From a virus (taxonomy: Duplodnaviria > Caudoviricetes): a DNA stretch of 56,479 bases. The stretch lies in the IMG/VR virus record IMGVR_UViG_3300010160_000055, positions 1 through 56,479 of that record; one strand, given 5' to 3'. Within the stretch, counting starts at the first letter, position 1; the number at the start of each line of letters is the position of its first letter. A program made the translations under genes and the position numbers. Positions 10,208 through 19,474 of the stretch are shown one piece after another. The notes under the pieces were generated by a model that was not told where the DNA came from, did no database searches, and worked only from the letters and a program-made list of their open reading frames with translations.

Positions 10208-10468
10208 TTAGATTACTTCTCCTGCAATATCCTGTAACATCTCTATAGCAGTCTCTAATGTAACCTCTATCTCGTTGAATTGATTTTCTTCTGAGGATAT
10301 TTGGTTTTGTTCTTTATACTGTTCTATTATTTGCATTGCTTGTTTCATATGATTTAAAGCTTCATATGCCACTTCTTCTGCACTTTCATTTAATGGTTTA
10401 GAAGTATTTTCTTTTACTAGTTTTGTCAAGTGCTTTGCTTGCCATTGATGTATGTCAAAATTTCCCAT
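10208..10468 (-). CDS. Small helical protein with an MGNFDI...LVKE/LNE leader
   Basis: Coupled to the protease gene by TAATG; leader resembles those of 17022 and 29841. Confidence 0.6.
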   Translation of the reverse strand: MGNFDIHQWQAKHLTKLVKENTSKPLNESAEEVAYEALNHMKQAMQIIEQYKEQNQISSEENQFNEIEVTLETAIEMLQDIAGEVI

Positions 10469-11049
10469 TATGCTCTTAATATGTTGTTAATAATAGAATC
10501 TAATCTATCGTATTTTCCTACTACTTGTTTTCCTTCGTTTAATGAAATTGGATTCATAAATGCTCCTTGTGTAGAAGGATTAGAAACGAAATCCCAACAT
10601 ACTAATTCAAAGTCTGGTTGAACCATTAAAGTTCCTTCGTTTGTTTGTGTTACTGATCCTGTTCCTCTAGAAGAAATTCCTATTGTATGTCCTCCTTTTA
10701 GTATCTCTTTTACAATATTTCCTTAAGGTGTGTTTAACAATTCTACTTTTCCCATCAAGTCATCACCTTCCCACCATAATTCTTTTACGACGTGTGATGC
10801 ATTCTTAAGAGATACAATTGCTGATTCTGGGTGATCTAATTCTCCGTAGGCATTTCCTACCTTAACAAAATTCTCTACATAGTTTTTTACTTCTTCTTCA
10901 AGAATTTCTCTTTTATAGATTCTTCCGTTTTGGTTTTTAGCTCCTGCTCTTTGCATAATACCTGTTACCTCAAATACACCTGGTTTGGTTTTTGATTCGG
11001 TAAGAAGTCCTTTGAAAGGAGTTACATTTACTAATAATGGATTGTTCAT
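10468..11049 (-). CDS. gp21: Prohead protease (gp21-like), 193 codons with an in-frame TAA at 10723-10725
   Basis: NQNGRIY and GELDHP precede the stop. The frame continues GNIVKEILKGGHTIGISSRGTGS...WDFVSNPSTQGA...LNE to TAA at 10468. Confidence 0.9.
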
Positions 11050-11054
11050 CTTTG

Positions 11055-12251
11055 TTATTTTAATAATTCAGATAACGATTTTTTTGTTTCCATCATATCT
11101 CGTTGTGCCTGTACCCATGCATCTGAGTTCATTGCTCTATCTGATGGTGATTCGTATCCTTGGTATGCTGGATCTCCTTCGTATTCTGTGTCAATGTCAT
11201 TGTAGTCAACCTCATCCTGTTCTCTGTTATTCCAAATATGTTGAAGTTCTTCGATATCTCTTCTTAAGTCTACTCCTGGATGTTGAGCTTTTACACTTTG
11301 TAAAAAATCCCTTAATGTACCTGCTTCTTGAGCTAAAATATGAATATCACTCATTTTAGATTCGTCTAAGTCTCCATCAATAAAAGGATCTGAAAAGTTT
11401 TCATCATCGTAGTCGATTTCGTCTTGGTCTTCATATCCTCTTGGATGTGAAATATCGTCTGCTGGATCATCTCCGTACATATCGAACTCATCTTCACCGT
11501 TATAATCCTCAACATCTACTACCGTTTCTGATAATACTTTTTTGATAAGTTTTTTAAAGCCTTCTTTTAATGCAGCTTTTTTCATACCGTTAAAAGTATC
11601 AACAGTATTTTTTGCTGTTACAGGAATCATCTTATCATGAAGGTCTACTTTTGGATTAACTCCTGCTACTTGATTTGTATAGAAGATTGAATCTTTTGCT
11701 AAGTTTTTAGCTACTTTTGCTAACGCTTTTGCATACTCTTCTGCTGTCGGTGTTCCTTGTACTCCTAATCCTTCTAATTCAACTCTGATTCCTCTAAGTA
11801 TTTGTTCGTATGGATATTTGTCCATATCGTTAGTTGGCTTGTATCTGTAATCGGTTAAGCTTTTATTAGTAAGTCTTGCTTCTTTTACAGTTTCTTTTAA
11901 TTTTATCTCTCCTGATAAACCTTGTTCATCATTCCAGTACTTTATTACATTTGGCTCAGCGTTTGTAACTTTGTATTTAATGTCTGCACCTGCAAATCCA
12001 GCTAGTATACTTTCTTTTGTTTTGTCACCTGTCTTTGCTGCTTGTATTAGCTTTTCCATGTGAGCTTTTACTGGATTTTCTTTTTTAGTTTCTTGAATCA
12101 TTCCTCTGTTCTTTAGAATCTGAACTGCATCATCGTATCCGTTAAAACGAGTTACTAAATTTGGAAGTTCTTTTCTAGCATCAGCTAAAAAATTCTCTTT
12201 AGAAAATTTTCCTTCTTGAATTCCGTTATATTTTTCTTGTAATGTTCTCAT
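11055..12251 (-). CDS. Modular acidic head-associated protein
   Basis: Modules separated by LQE/IQE/VKE/LKE/LSE/LDE; the GIRVELE...NL.KD..FY module recalls DUF5661 (unverified). Confidence 0.6.
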   Translation of the reverse strand: MRTLQEKYNGIQEGKFSKENFLADARKELPNLVTRFNGYDDAVQILKNRGMIQETKKENPVKAHMEKLIQAAKTGDKTKESILAGFAGADIKYKVTNAEPNVIKYWNDEQGLSGEIKLKETVKEARLTNKSLTDYRYKPTNDMDKYPYEQILRGIRVELEGLGVQGTPTAEEYAKALAKVAKNLAKDSIFYTNQVAGVNPKVDLHDKMIPVTAKNTVDTFNGMKKAALKEGFKKLIKKVLSETVVDVEDYNGEDEFDMYGDDPADDISHPRGYEDQDEIDYDDENFSDPFIDGDLDESKMSDIHILAQEAGTLRDFLQSVKAQHPGVDLRRDIEELQHIWNNREQDEVDYNDIDTEYEGDPAYQGYESPSDRAMNSDAWVQAQRDMMETKKSLSELLK

Positions 12252-12252
12252 G

Positions 12253-12600
12253 TTATTTATTCTTTTTATCTGATGCTTTTTTAGTTTTCTTTACTAATTC
12301 GTAACCCATTTCCTCTGTATGCTTAACTGCTTCACTATTCATCATTTCTTCTTCTGATACAAAAGCATGTGGAGTGTTATAGTGAGCTTCATCTAAGTAA
12401 TCAAACATCTTAGTATGAGAAGGATGTTTTGGTCTTGGTGCTGCTTTAAACCCTAGTCTTGCCGATGCTTTAGTTGCTGCATTAGTTCCTTGCCCTGGTT
12501 TAGCAAAAGCATTTGGTGTAGAATATCCTCCTACATCTCCTGATACGCTCATTTCTTCTAATACTTCGTGTATTACTTTTACTATTTCAGATCTTTTCAT
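12253..12600 (-). CDS. Small head-associated protein (leader ...EVLEE; Y(S/N)TPxAF twice)
   Basis: ORF in the head operon; the motif repeats after LEE and LDE. Confidence 0.6.
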   Translation of the reverse strand: MKRSEIVKVIHEVLEEMSVSGDVGGYSTPNAFAKPGQGTNAATKASARLGFKAAPRPKHPSHTKMFDYLDEAHYNTPHAFVSEEEMMNSEAVKHTEEMGYELVKKTKKASDKKNK

Positions 12601-13451
12601 AAAGCTCTTAACTCGTTTACTAATTCATAGTATTGCATTAAAGAAACCAAATGATTATCATCTACCTTTTGAGTATTTCTTACAGGAATAATTGCTTTTT
12701 GAATTTCTTCTAATTTAATCTTTACTACTTTATCAGTAATGTTCTTTTTCAATTTAGAAATTTCTGTTTGCAATTTAGTCATTTCTTCGTTTACTACGTT
12801 TCTTAGTCTTGCTGAAGAGTTAACTGATACTATAAATTCTTTTAAAATGTTTTTTTGTTCTGGAAGTAGATCTTTATATTGATTGTTGAATTTTTCTAAC
12901 AGTATTTTGTATGTTAAAAGTCTTAAGTCTTTATCATATTTTGAATACTCTTCAATTAAAGCGTCTTTTACTTGTCCGCTAGCTGATTTGCTTTGAGTTA
13001 AGTGTTCAAGTATTGTAGTCTTGTTGTCAACAAATACATCTAAGTCTACAAGTCCTGCTGTTGATTGTGCTTCCATTAAGCAGTATAGAGCTGCTAATGG
13101 TTTGTAAGACTCTACTTTAATAGAGAAGAACTCTTCCAAATCGTAATGATTTTTAAGCTCTTTTATTAACTCGTACTTCTGCTTTTTAAGTAAATTAAGA
13201 TCTAGTTTTCTAGAAATCTCTATAATGGTGCTAAGTATTGATTCTGCTTTTTTTGGACCTACGCCTTTATTTTTTAATACAAAATCGTATAATTTAAACT
13301 CTCTTACTAGTGTTGTGTTTCCTGTATAAAATTTCCTTAGTACTGTTAGAGCCGGGGAATCTCTTTTAGATAAGGTATCCGCTGCTATTTGCTTTACTAA
13401 TAGTTCAAATATTAAGCCTGTGTTTTTATACTTACTGTGTTTAATACGCAT
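12597..13451 (-). CDS. Helical hypothetical protein next to the portal
   Basis: 284-aa ORF with the late motif upstream. Confidence 0.65.
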   Translation of the reverse strand: MRIKHSKYKNTGLIFELLVKQIAADTLSKRDSPALTVLRKFYTGNTTLVREFKLYDFVLKNKGVGPKKAESILSTIIEISRKLDLNLLKKQKYELIKELKNHYDLEEFFSIKVESYKPLAALYCLMEAQSTAGLVDLDVFVDNKTTILEHLTQSKSASGQVKDALIEEYSKYDKDLRLLTYKILLEKFNNQYKDLLPEQKNILKEFIVSVNSSARLRNVVNEEMTKLQTEISKLKKNITDKVVKIKLEEIQKAIIPVRNTQKVDDNHLVSLMQYYELVNELRAL

Positions 13452-13480
13452 CTTAGGTATGTCTTTGTTATAAATAGTAT

Positions 13481-15340
13481 CTAGTTATCTAAATCTTTGA
13501 TATTTGCTTCATTTAAGAGATTTGATTCTTTCTCTATCTCTTCTTCAAAGATATTTTGCTTTTTAGGTACAAATAAGTTTTTATTTCTAAGAAAAACAGA
13601 CATTGTATTATTTATACTTTCTTTTACATTTTCATTATAACTTGGATAACCGCCTTTCATTCCATGTACCCCTAATCTGTCTCTTCCTCCAGCTGGATCT
13701 TCCTGTGTACCTATTACTGAGAACTTCTCTCTCGGTCTTCCTATAGGTGACTTTTCATCATACCCTGCTGGTAGCTCACCTTGTTCTCTTGCTCCATATA
13801 TTGAAGCTAAGTCGTGGGGTGTTCCAAAAGATTGACCTGTTGTTACTGGATCGTTTCCTTCATTTTCAATTTGTGATAATCTAAATGCTCTCTTACCGTC
13901 TTCTCTAATAAGATCTCTCATCTCGTTATAACTGTCTTCTGAGATATCAAATAATTTATCGTAAATATAATCTGAGGAGAATAGCTTAGTTGCTTGCATT
14001 TGTGTTGCTAGATCAACTTTTTCTTTCCAAAGAGCTATTTTTTCTTGTTCATAAATGATAGAAGGAGTAGTTAACTTAATCTCAAAGTTTACTAAAGACT
14101 CTTTATCAAATCCTTGAGAGTATAAGTGTACTAGTCCAATTTTTGTCAATTCACTTTCTACAATTCTCTGAAGTCTTTCTACTGTTCTAGCAAAACGTAT
14201 GTCTTCTGCTGCAAGTGTTGCTTTACCTGTAAGGTCTTTTTCGTATCCAAAATATGCTTTAGGTACTTTTAAGGCAGCAAACATCTTATCTCTTAAGTAT
14301 TCAATATCGTTTGTACCATCATACTCTAATCCTTTTGTTGTTTCAATTTTTGTAGAAGTATCTCCTCCACGAACTGGAAGATAGAAATCCTCCATCATGT
14401 TTTGCATGTTGAATTTTAAGTTATATTGACCTGTTTGTGGATCAACATAAGGAGTTTTCTTAATACTATTGATAGTTTTTTGCATAAACTGCTCAACTTC
14501 ATTAGGTGGAATAGATCCTACGTTAATGTAGAACATTCTCTTTTCAGGAGCTCTCATGATTCTGTGAATCAACATTGCATCCTCCATTAAAGTTAACTGT
14601 TTGTAAATTTTACGAGCTGGTTCAATATATGATCTACCGTAAGGAAGGTAGTTTGTATCTGAGATTAATCTAAAATGTGCTACTTCGTAGTTGTCTAAGG
14701 TAATAGTCTCTTTGTTATTATTTGGAATGTAGTTTGGATCTGACGAAGCTGCTAATCCGTCTGGATCGATTGAGAATGTTACTTTTGTCGGATCTTGTTT
14801 ATCTTCTCCTTCATGTCTTACCATATGGTAAACTGTATAAGGAAGTACATTATAAACACCAAACTTTTCTGATATCTCTAATTTTAAAAAGAAGTCCCCG
14901 TACTTGCACATATTTCTAACCCATGACCATAGGTTAAATTCGATGTTTAATACATCGTAGTATAAATTGTAAAGGACTCTTTGTATGTTTTCGTCTGTAG
15001 ATTTAATTGAAAGAACCTCTCCCATTGGATTCTTTAGTGTAGATTCATCTGCTAATACATCTAAAGTTGATGCTATAATTGCATCTGTATCCATTGCTTC
15101 ATAGTCCGAGTAAAGCTGTACCCTTAATGTTTGGTAATTAAGGTTCGGATTAAATATATTCTTGTTATTATATATGTATAAACGAGAAAACCTATCCAAT
15201 AATGAATTGGTTTGGTATTTTCCTGTTGATTGAATGTGATTAACATCAGCAATCTTCAATTCATCTCCTCCTACATTTCTAACTAGTATATCTGTTGCAA
15301 ACAGTCTCTGGAGTGAATTGAATAAATTTCTTTCTGCCAT
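13481..15340 (-). CDS. gp20: Portal protein (gp20-like)
   Basis: LMEDAMLIHRIMRAPEKRMFYINVG, MMEDFYLPVRG, ALKVP and EDIRF motifs. Confidence 0.95.
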   Translation of the reverse strand: MAERNLFNSLQRLFATDILVRNVGGDELKIADVNHIQSTGKYQTNSLLDRFSRLYIYNNKNIFNPNLNYQTLRVQLYSDYEAMDTDAIIASTLDVLADESTLKNPMGEVLSIKSTDENIQRVLYNLYYDVLNIEFNLWSWVRNMCKYGDFFLKLEISEKFGVYNVLPYTVYHMVRHEGEDKQDPTKVTFSIDPDGLAASSDPNYIPNNNKETITLDNYEVAHFRLISDTNYLPYGRSYIEPARKIYKQLTLMEDAMLIHRIMRAPEKRMFYINVGSIPPNEVEQFMQKTINSIKKTPYVDPQTGQYNLKFNMQNMMEDFYLPVRGGDTSTKIETTKGLEYDGTNDIEYLRDKMFAALKVPKAYFGYEKDLTGKATLAAEDIRFARTVERLQRIVESELTKIGLVHLYSQGFDKESLVNFEIKLTTPSIIYEQEKIALWKEKVDLATQMQATKLFSSDYIYDKLFDISEDSYNEMRDLIREDGKRAFRLSQIENEGNDPVTTGQSFGTPHDLASIYGAREQGELPAGYDEKSPIGRPREKFSVIGTQEDPAGGRDRLGVHGMKGGYPSYNENVKESINNTMSVFLRNKNLFVPKKQNIFEEEIEKESNLLNEANIKDLDN

Positions 15341-15370
15341 TTCTAAAATGTTTTATTTATAAATAGTAAC

Positions 15371-16945
15371 TTATCCTAATAGCCAGGTAAGGTCTTCTTG
15401 ACCATTAGGCGTTTCCATAAGATAAGGATTATTTTGCATTGGAGCAACGTTATATACACCTTGAGTTCTTTGATTAAGACTTACAAAAGAGTTCATTGTA
15501 GCCCTAGAAAGGTCCATTCCTTGCTGTCTCATACGGATGGCTGTATCTCTAACGTATAAAGCTGTAGCAAAAGCCATAATTAAATCGTCGTTATAACCTG
15601 ATTGTGCCTGTGCCTTACCGTTTCTCCATATGAATACTCTCATTTCGGCTAACAATCGCTTAGACTGCACTATAACCGATCTTTCCCGTATGTATTCAGT
15701 CATTTTGGCAATGACTAAAGGCCTTGTTTTTAGAGACATTGTAAATCCTGGTACTAGTTTATCTCTTTCATACTTGGCCATATATGATTCAACTGTTTCA
15801 TTATCTGATCTAGATGAATAGTACAGGTTTTTATACTCTCTGGATATTACTTGCTCAATGGTTGACCATCCTATATTAGCATTTTCTATTACAAGTAATG
15901 CATCACAGTACTCTGTTGCTATTCCTACCAGTACGTTTCCGTATTCTTTAGGAGATATCTTACCTTTATATTCGGCAACTTGTGTACAACTCTCTATATC
16001 AAAGACATGGAAGCCGGAGTAATCGGTAGAATCTCCTCTAGCGACATCGGCAACAACCATATAAGACTTTTGATAGTCAGGTGATTCCCATATCCAAAGA
16101 TTTCCATCTACACCTCTTTTTTCCATTGGTTCTTTTACATATGTTTCTTCATAGAAGGCCATATTCTCAACCTCAATTACTGAATCTCCAGATGATAGGA
16201 AGTCACAATCACACTCTTGAGCGGCTTGTTTCTCTCCTAACTGTCTTGTTTGTTCATCTCTCCAGTCTTGCTTTCTTTCTGGATGTACATCCCATTTTAA
16301 TTTAACAGGTACAAATCCATTCTCTCCTGCTTCAGCTTTTTCCCATGTTTTATGGAACCAGTTTCCTACACCATTTGGAGTAGAAAGGGCCATACACTGT
16401 CCACCTGTTGCTAAGGTTTGTTGTGCTGCAGTAAATGTTTCTTCAATATTATCAATGAAGGCTGCCTCATCTATTAACAGTAGTGATACCGCTTCCGAAC
16501 GAGCTGCATCTGCATTAGAAGATTTAGCTGTTATTTTAGAACCGTTTTTAAGTCTAAGAGATAGTTTATTCTTTTCTGTAAAAGGAAGTTGTAACCATTT
16601 TGGTAGATTCTCATACATGAAAATCGTTTTAGTTACAAGGTTTCTAGCTGTTGCTTGAGTAATTGCAAGTGCTAGTACGTTTTTATCTTTATGAAAGATC
16701 ATTAACCATAGAGCATATGCTGAGGCTAATGTGGAGATTCCTAACTGTCTTGATTTGAGAGTTACTATAAACTTTTCGTCTCTAAATAAGTGAAGTACTC
16801 CTTCCTGGAATGGATAGAGGTTAAATAAAATCCTACCTCTTGTTGGATGTTGAATATAGCAATACTTCTTCATAAAGTAAGCCGGATCTTTTGCACACTT
16901 AATGTACTCTTGCGCAACTATTTGTTTTATATCTTGTTGTGACAT
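15371..16945 (-). CDS. terL: Terminase large subunit (gp17-like)
   Basis: KSRQLGIST Walker A, LLIDEAAF Walker B, STPNG coupling motif; nuclease residues VADVARG and DDLIMA; no intein evident. Confidence 0.95.
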   Translation of the reverse strand: MSQQDIKQIVAQEYIKCAKDPAYFMKKYCYIQHPTRGRILFNLYPFQEGVLHLFRDEKFIVTLKSRQLGISTLASAYALWLMIFHKDKNVLALAITQATARNLVTKTIFMYENLPKWLQLPFTEKNKLSLRLKNGSKITAKSSNADAARSEAVSLLLIDEAAFIDNIEETFTAAQQTLATGGQCMALSTPNGVGNWFHKTWEKAEAGENGFVPVKLKWDVHPERKQDWRDEQTRQLGEKQAAQECDCDFLSSGDSVIEVENMAFYEETYVKEPMEKRGVDGNLWIWESPDYQKSYMVVADVARGDSTDYSGFHVFDIESCTQVAEYKGKISPKEYGNVLVGIATEYCDALLVIENANIGWSTIEQVISREYKNLYYSSRSDNETVESYMAKYERDKLVPGFTMSLKTRPLVIAKMTEYIRERSVIVQSKRLLAEMRVFIWRNGKAQAQSGYNDDLIMAFATALYVRDTAIRMRQQGMDLSRATMNSFVSLNQRTQGVYNVAPMQNNPYLMETPNGQEDLTWLLG

Positions 16946-16979
16946 ATTATATACTTATATATTATAAATATGTAGATAT

Positions 16980-17005
16980 AAAAAAACCCACCTTTATGGG
17001 GTGGG
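16980..17005 (-). terminator. Intrinsic terminator
   Basis: ACCCACC-tttatgg-GGTGGGT stem with U-tract. Confidence 0.8.
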
Positions 17006-17021
17006 TTAGTTGCTCTTTGTA

Positions 17022-18308
17022 TTAGAATCTTTCTCGTCTACCTTGAATCTTTTCTTCTAGCATATCTAACAATGTTACTGTAAATTGGAATGTTCCTTCC
17101 ATCTCACGGTCCATTAAGGTACCTGCCGTTACTACATCATGTAATAAATTTAATGCGTTTCTAGCGTCTACTATTGCTTCTGTATATTTTCTTGGAATAT
17201 CCATAGCTTGCATTCTTTCTTCTTTCAGTAATCTTGAATTAGCAGTGATTTTATTTTCTGCTAAGAATTTTCTTAGGTCGAAAGCTCCTTCCTGTAAAGC
17301 TTCTACTTTTTCTGCTTTTGCAGCTGAAGCTGGTTTGTTGTTTTTGTTAAATTTCTTATCGAATGCTGCTTTTAACTTTTCTGCTGCTTTTTCTAACTTT
17401 GCAGCATCTGTTGCTAATTGCTTTAAGTCTTTTGGACTAATGTGTGCAGCATGTTCACTTTCTTCCATTCTCTTTGCTTTCATTCTTAGAGCTTCAGCAA
17501 TCTTTTTCATTTGCTCCATTTTATGCTTTTCTGCTACCTCGTTGGTTCCGTGGTCGATGCTTTTCATTAATTCATCGATTGAGTTGTATTCAGGTATTAC
17601 AGTTTCGTCAGCCATTTCATCTTCTACAACCATTTGAGAGGCTGGATCTGGTAATGGTTTTCCTGTTAGTGCATTAGTACCAAATTCATGGTCAGGATTT
17701 TGTGGGTGTGGGTTAGGGATTTCTTCTTCTTGTATTCCCATGGCTCTTTGAACCATTTCTACTAAACGTCTTTCTTTAGCAGTTAAGTTTGTTTCTTTCA
17801 TCATTGTATTTTCGTTTACTTGTTCATGTTTTGCTGCATTTTTCCACATTGCTGCTGCTGCTACTTTTTGTCCTGCTTCTTTTGAGCCGTATTTTTTCTC
17901 TGCTGCTTTTTCTATTTTCTCAAAGCCAGCTCCTTTTTTACCAATATCTCCACCATGTTTAGCTTTTTTTACTAAAGCTGATTTTTCTTTAGCTGTCATT
18001 CCAGCTGATGGTGCTTTTTCTTGTAAGTACAATTGATTATCGTGAATTAACTCTCCTACTAATCCGTAATTTTCTTCTTGAAATTGTTCTAATTCTTCAT
18101 CTGTTAATGGAGTTCCATCTTCGTAATCTGCTGCTACAATATATGCATCTACAAAGTCTGGGTAATCATTCATGTCGATATTATCGATTTCAATTGAATT
18201 AATGTCAACTGGTTTTCCGTTAAACTCTATTCCTTCTGAAAGAAGTTGTGCATTTTTAGTAAGTTTATTCTCTGTTAAGAATGTTCTTAAGTTAAAATTA
18301 TCTGCCAT
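17022..18308 (-). CDS. Modular putative internal head polyprotein
   Basis: Leader FNLRTFLTENK..LLSE repeats internally as FDLRKFLAENK..LLKE; acidic and basic modules are separated by x-x-E sites. Confidence 0.65.
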   Translation of the reverse strand: MADNFNLRTFLTENKLTKNAQLLSEGIEFNGKPVDINSIEIDNIDMNDYPDFVDAYIVAADYEDGTPLTDEELEQFQEENYGLVGELIHDNQLYLQEKAPSAGMTAKEKSALVKKAKHGGDIGKKGAGFEKIEKAAEKKYGSKEAGQKVAAAAMWKNAAKHEQVNENTMMKETNLTAKERRLVEMVQRAMGIQEEEIPNPHPQNPDHEFGTNALTGKPLPDPASQMVVEDEMADETVIPEYNSIDELMKSIDHGTNEVAEKHKMEQMKKIAEALRMKAKRMEESEHAAHISPKDLKQLATDAAKLEKAAEKLKAAFDKKFNKNNKPASAAKAEKVEALQEGAFDLRKFLAENKITANSRLLKEERMQAMDIPRKYTEAIVDARNALNLLHDVVTAGTLMDREMEGTFQFTVTLLDMLEEKIQGRRERF

Positions 18309-18340
18309 TGTGGTTTATTTTGTTTATAAATAGTTTATTT

Positions 18341-19474
18341 TTAGCTAACAAATCCTAACCTAGGTGTATAGTCTGATACTGTACCTAAGATTTTAATATC
18401 TACTCCTATTTTAGCTTCTAGATCTTCCTTAGTTCTAACAATAATATAGTCTGAGTTGCTACTTATAAACATTATTGGATGGTTAATTTCTTCCATATAG
18501 GCTTTAGCTAGATCCTTTGCCACTCTTAGTTGTAAGTTTTCAAATGATTTAAGATCTGCATCACCTACAGTAACAATTCCTGTTCCGTAAACATGATTAA
18601 AAAACTTTTGAAGAGCTGCTTTAAACTTATTTTCAAAATTTGTTTCTGTACTATTCTCTTTTCCGTACAGGTAGTAGCTAAATAATCTTCCTATCCAGCC
18701 TGAACCTTCTTTTTTAGAAGGTATTATTCTCTTAGCATCTTCGTCTGTAAAGAATTTTAATAGTTCATTTACTATTTGTGACGCACTACCTCCTCTACCG
18801 CCTATTGTTTTCGGTGCTAGTATCGATCCTGTTAACTTATTTGCATTTGTTATAGAAGAGGCTTTAAGCTCTACTACTCCTTCTTTTGTGCCTACATCCC
18901 CTGTCTTTGCACTCTCTGTATCTGAAAGGAAAGATACTAGTGCTATTTCTCCTCTACCTACTCCTTTTTGCCCTGCTCCTGTTGTAAACCCTATTAGCTT
19001 GCTTACATAATTAGAATCAACACCGGAAAGTTTTGATAAAGCAGTGGCGAGATTACCGGACTCTCCTAATGCGGCAAATGTGTTTGCTTTATTATCTATA
19101 GAAGCTACCATTTTATCTTCAAAATGATTTCTATCTGCATACCCTGCTACTATTAATGCCTGTTCTTCTCCTAGTTTTTTAGCTAGTAGCTTATCCATTA
19201 ATGTAGTAGTGTACCCTTTTCCTGTTTTACTTATTATATTAAAAAGTTTTTCTATTTGTTCAGGAGATAGTTCTTCAGTTTTTGCTGATAAAAGTGTTAT
19301 AAGGTCTTTTACTGTTTTAGAAGGCGCTTTTTTTGGTTCTTCTGCTTCTAATACTATTCCGTATTCTGAATAAATCTCTTTCAATATTTTCATATCGTCA
19401 GGATTATTCATATCTGGGTATCCTTTCTTACAACGGAAAGCCCATTCTGCAACTATTTTATCTACTACGCTCAT
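18341..19474 (-). CDS. Putative PD-(D/E)xK-fold nuclease with an N-terminal leader module
   Basis: GRGE...GD(x7)ELK motif order; N-module EWAFRCKKGYPD...ILKE...VLE. Confidence 0.5.
   Translation of the reverse strand: MSVVDKIVAEWAFRCKKGYPDMNNPDDMKILKEIYSEYGIVLEAEEPKKAPSKTVKDLITLLSAKTEELSPEQIEKLFNIISKTGKGYTTTLMDKLLAKKLGEEQALIVAGYADRNHFEDKMVASIDNKANTFAALGESGNLATALSKLSGVDSNYVSKLIGFTTGAGQKGVGRGEIALVSFLSDTESAKTGDVGTKEGVVELKASSITNANKLTGSILAPKTIGGRGGSASQIVNELLKFFTDEDAKRIIPSKKEGSGWIGRLFSYYLYGKENSTETNFENKFKAALQKFFNHVYGTGIVTVGDADLKSFENLQLRVAKDLAKAYMEEINHPIMFISSNSDYIIVRTKEDLEAKIGVDIKILGTVSDYTPRLGFVS

Noticed and set aside
15371-16945. Intein or intron in terminase, portal or capsid
   Set aside because: Lengths and motif spacing are ordinary, and no splicing motifs or interruptions are seen.
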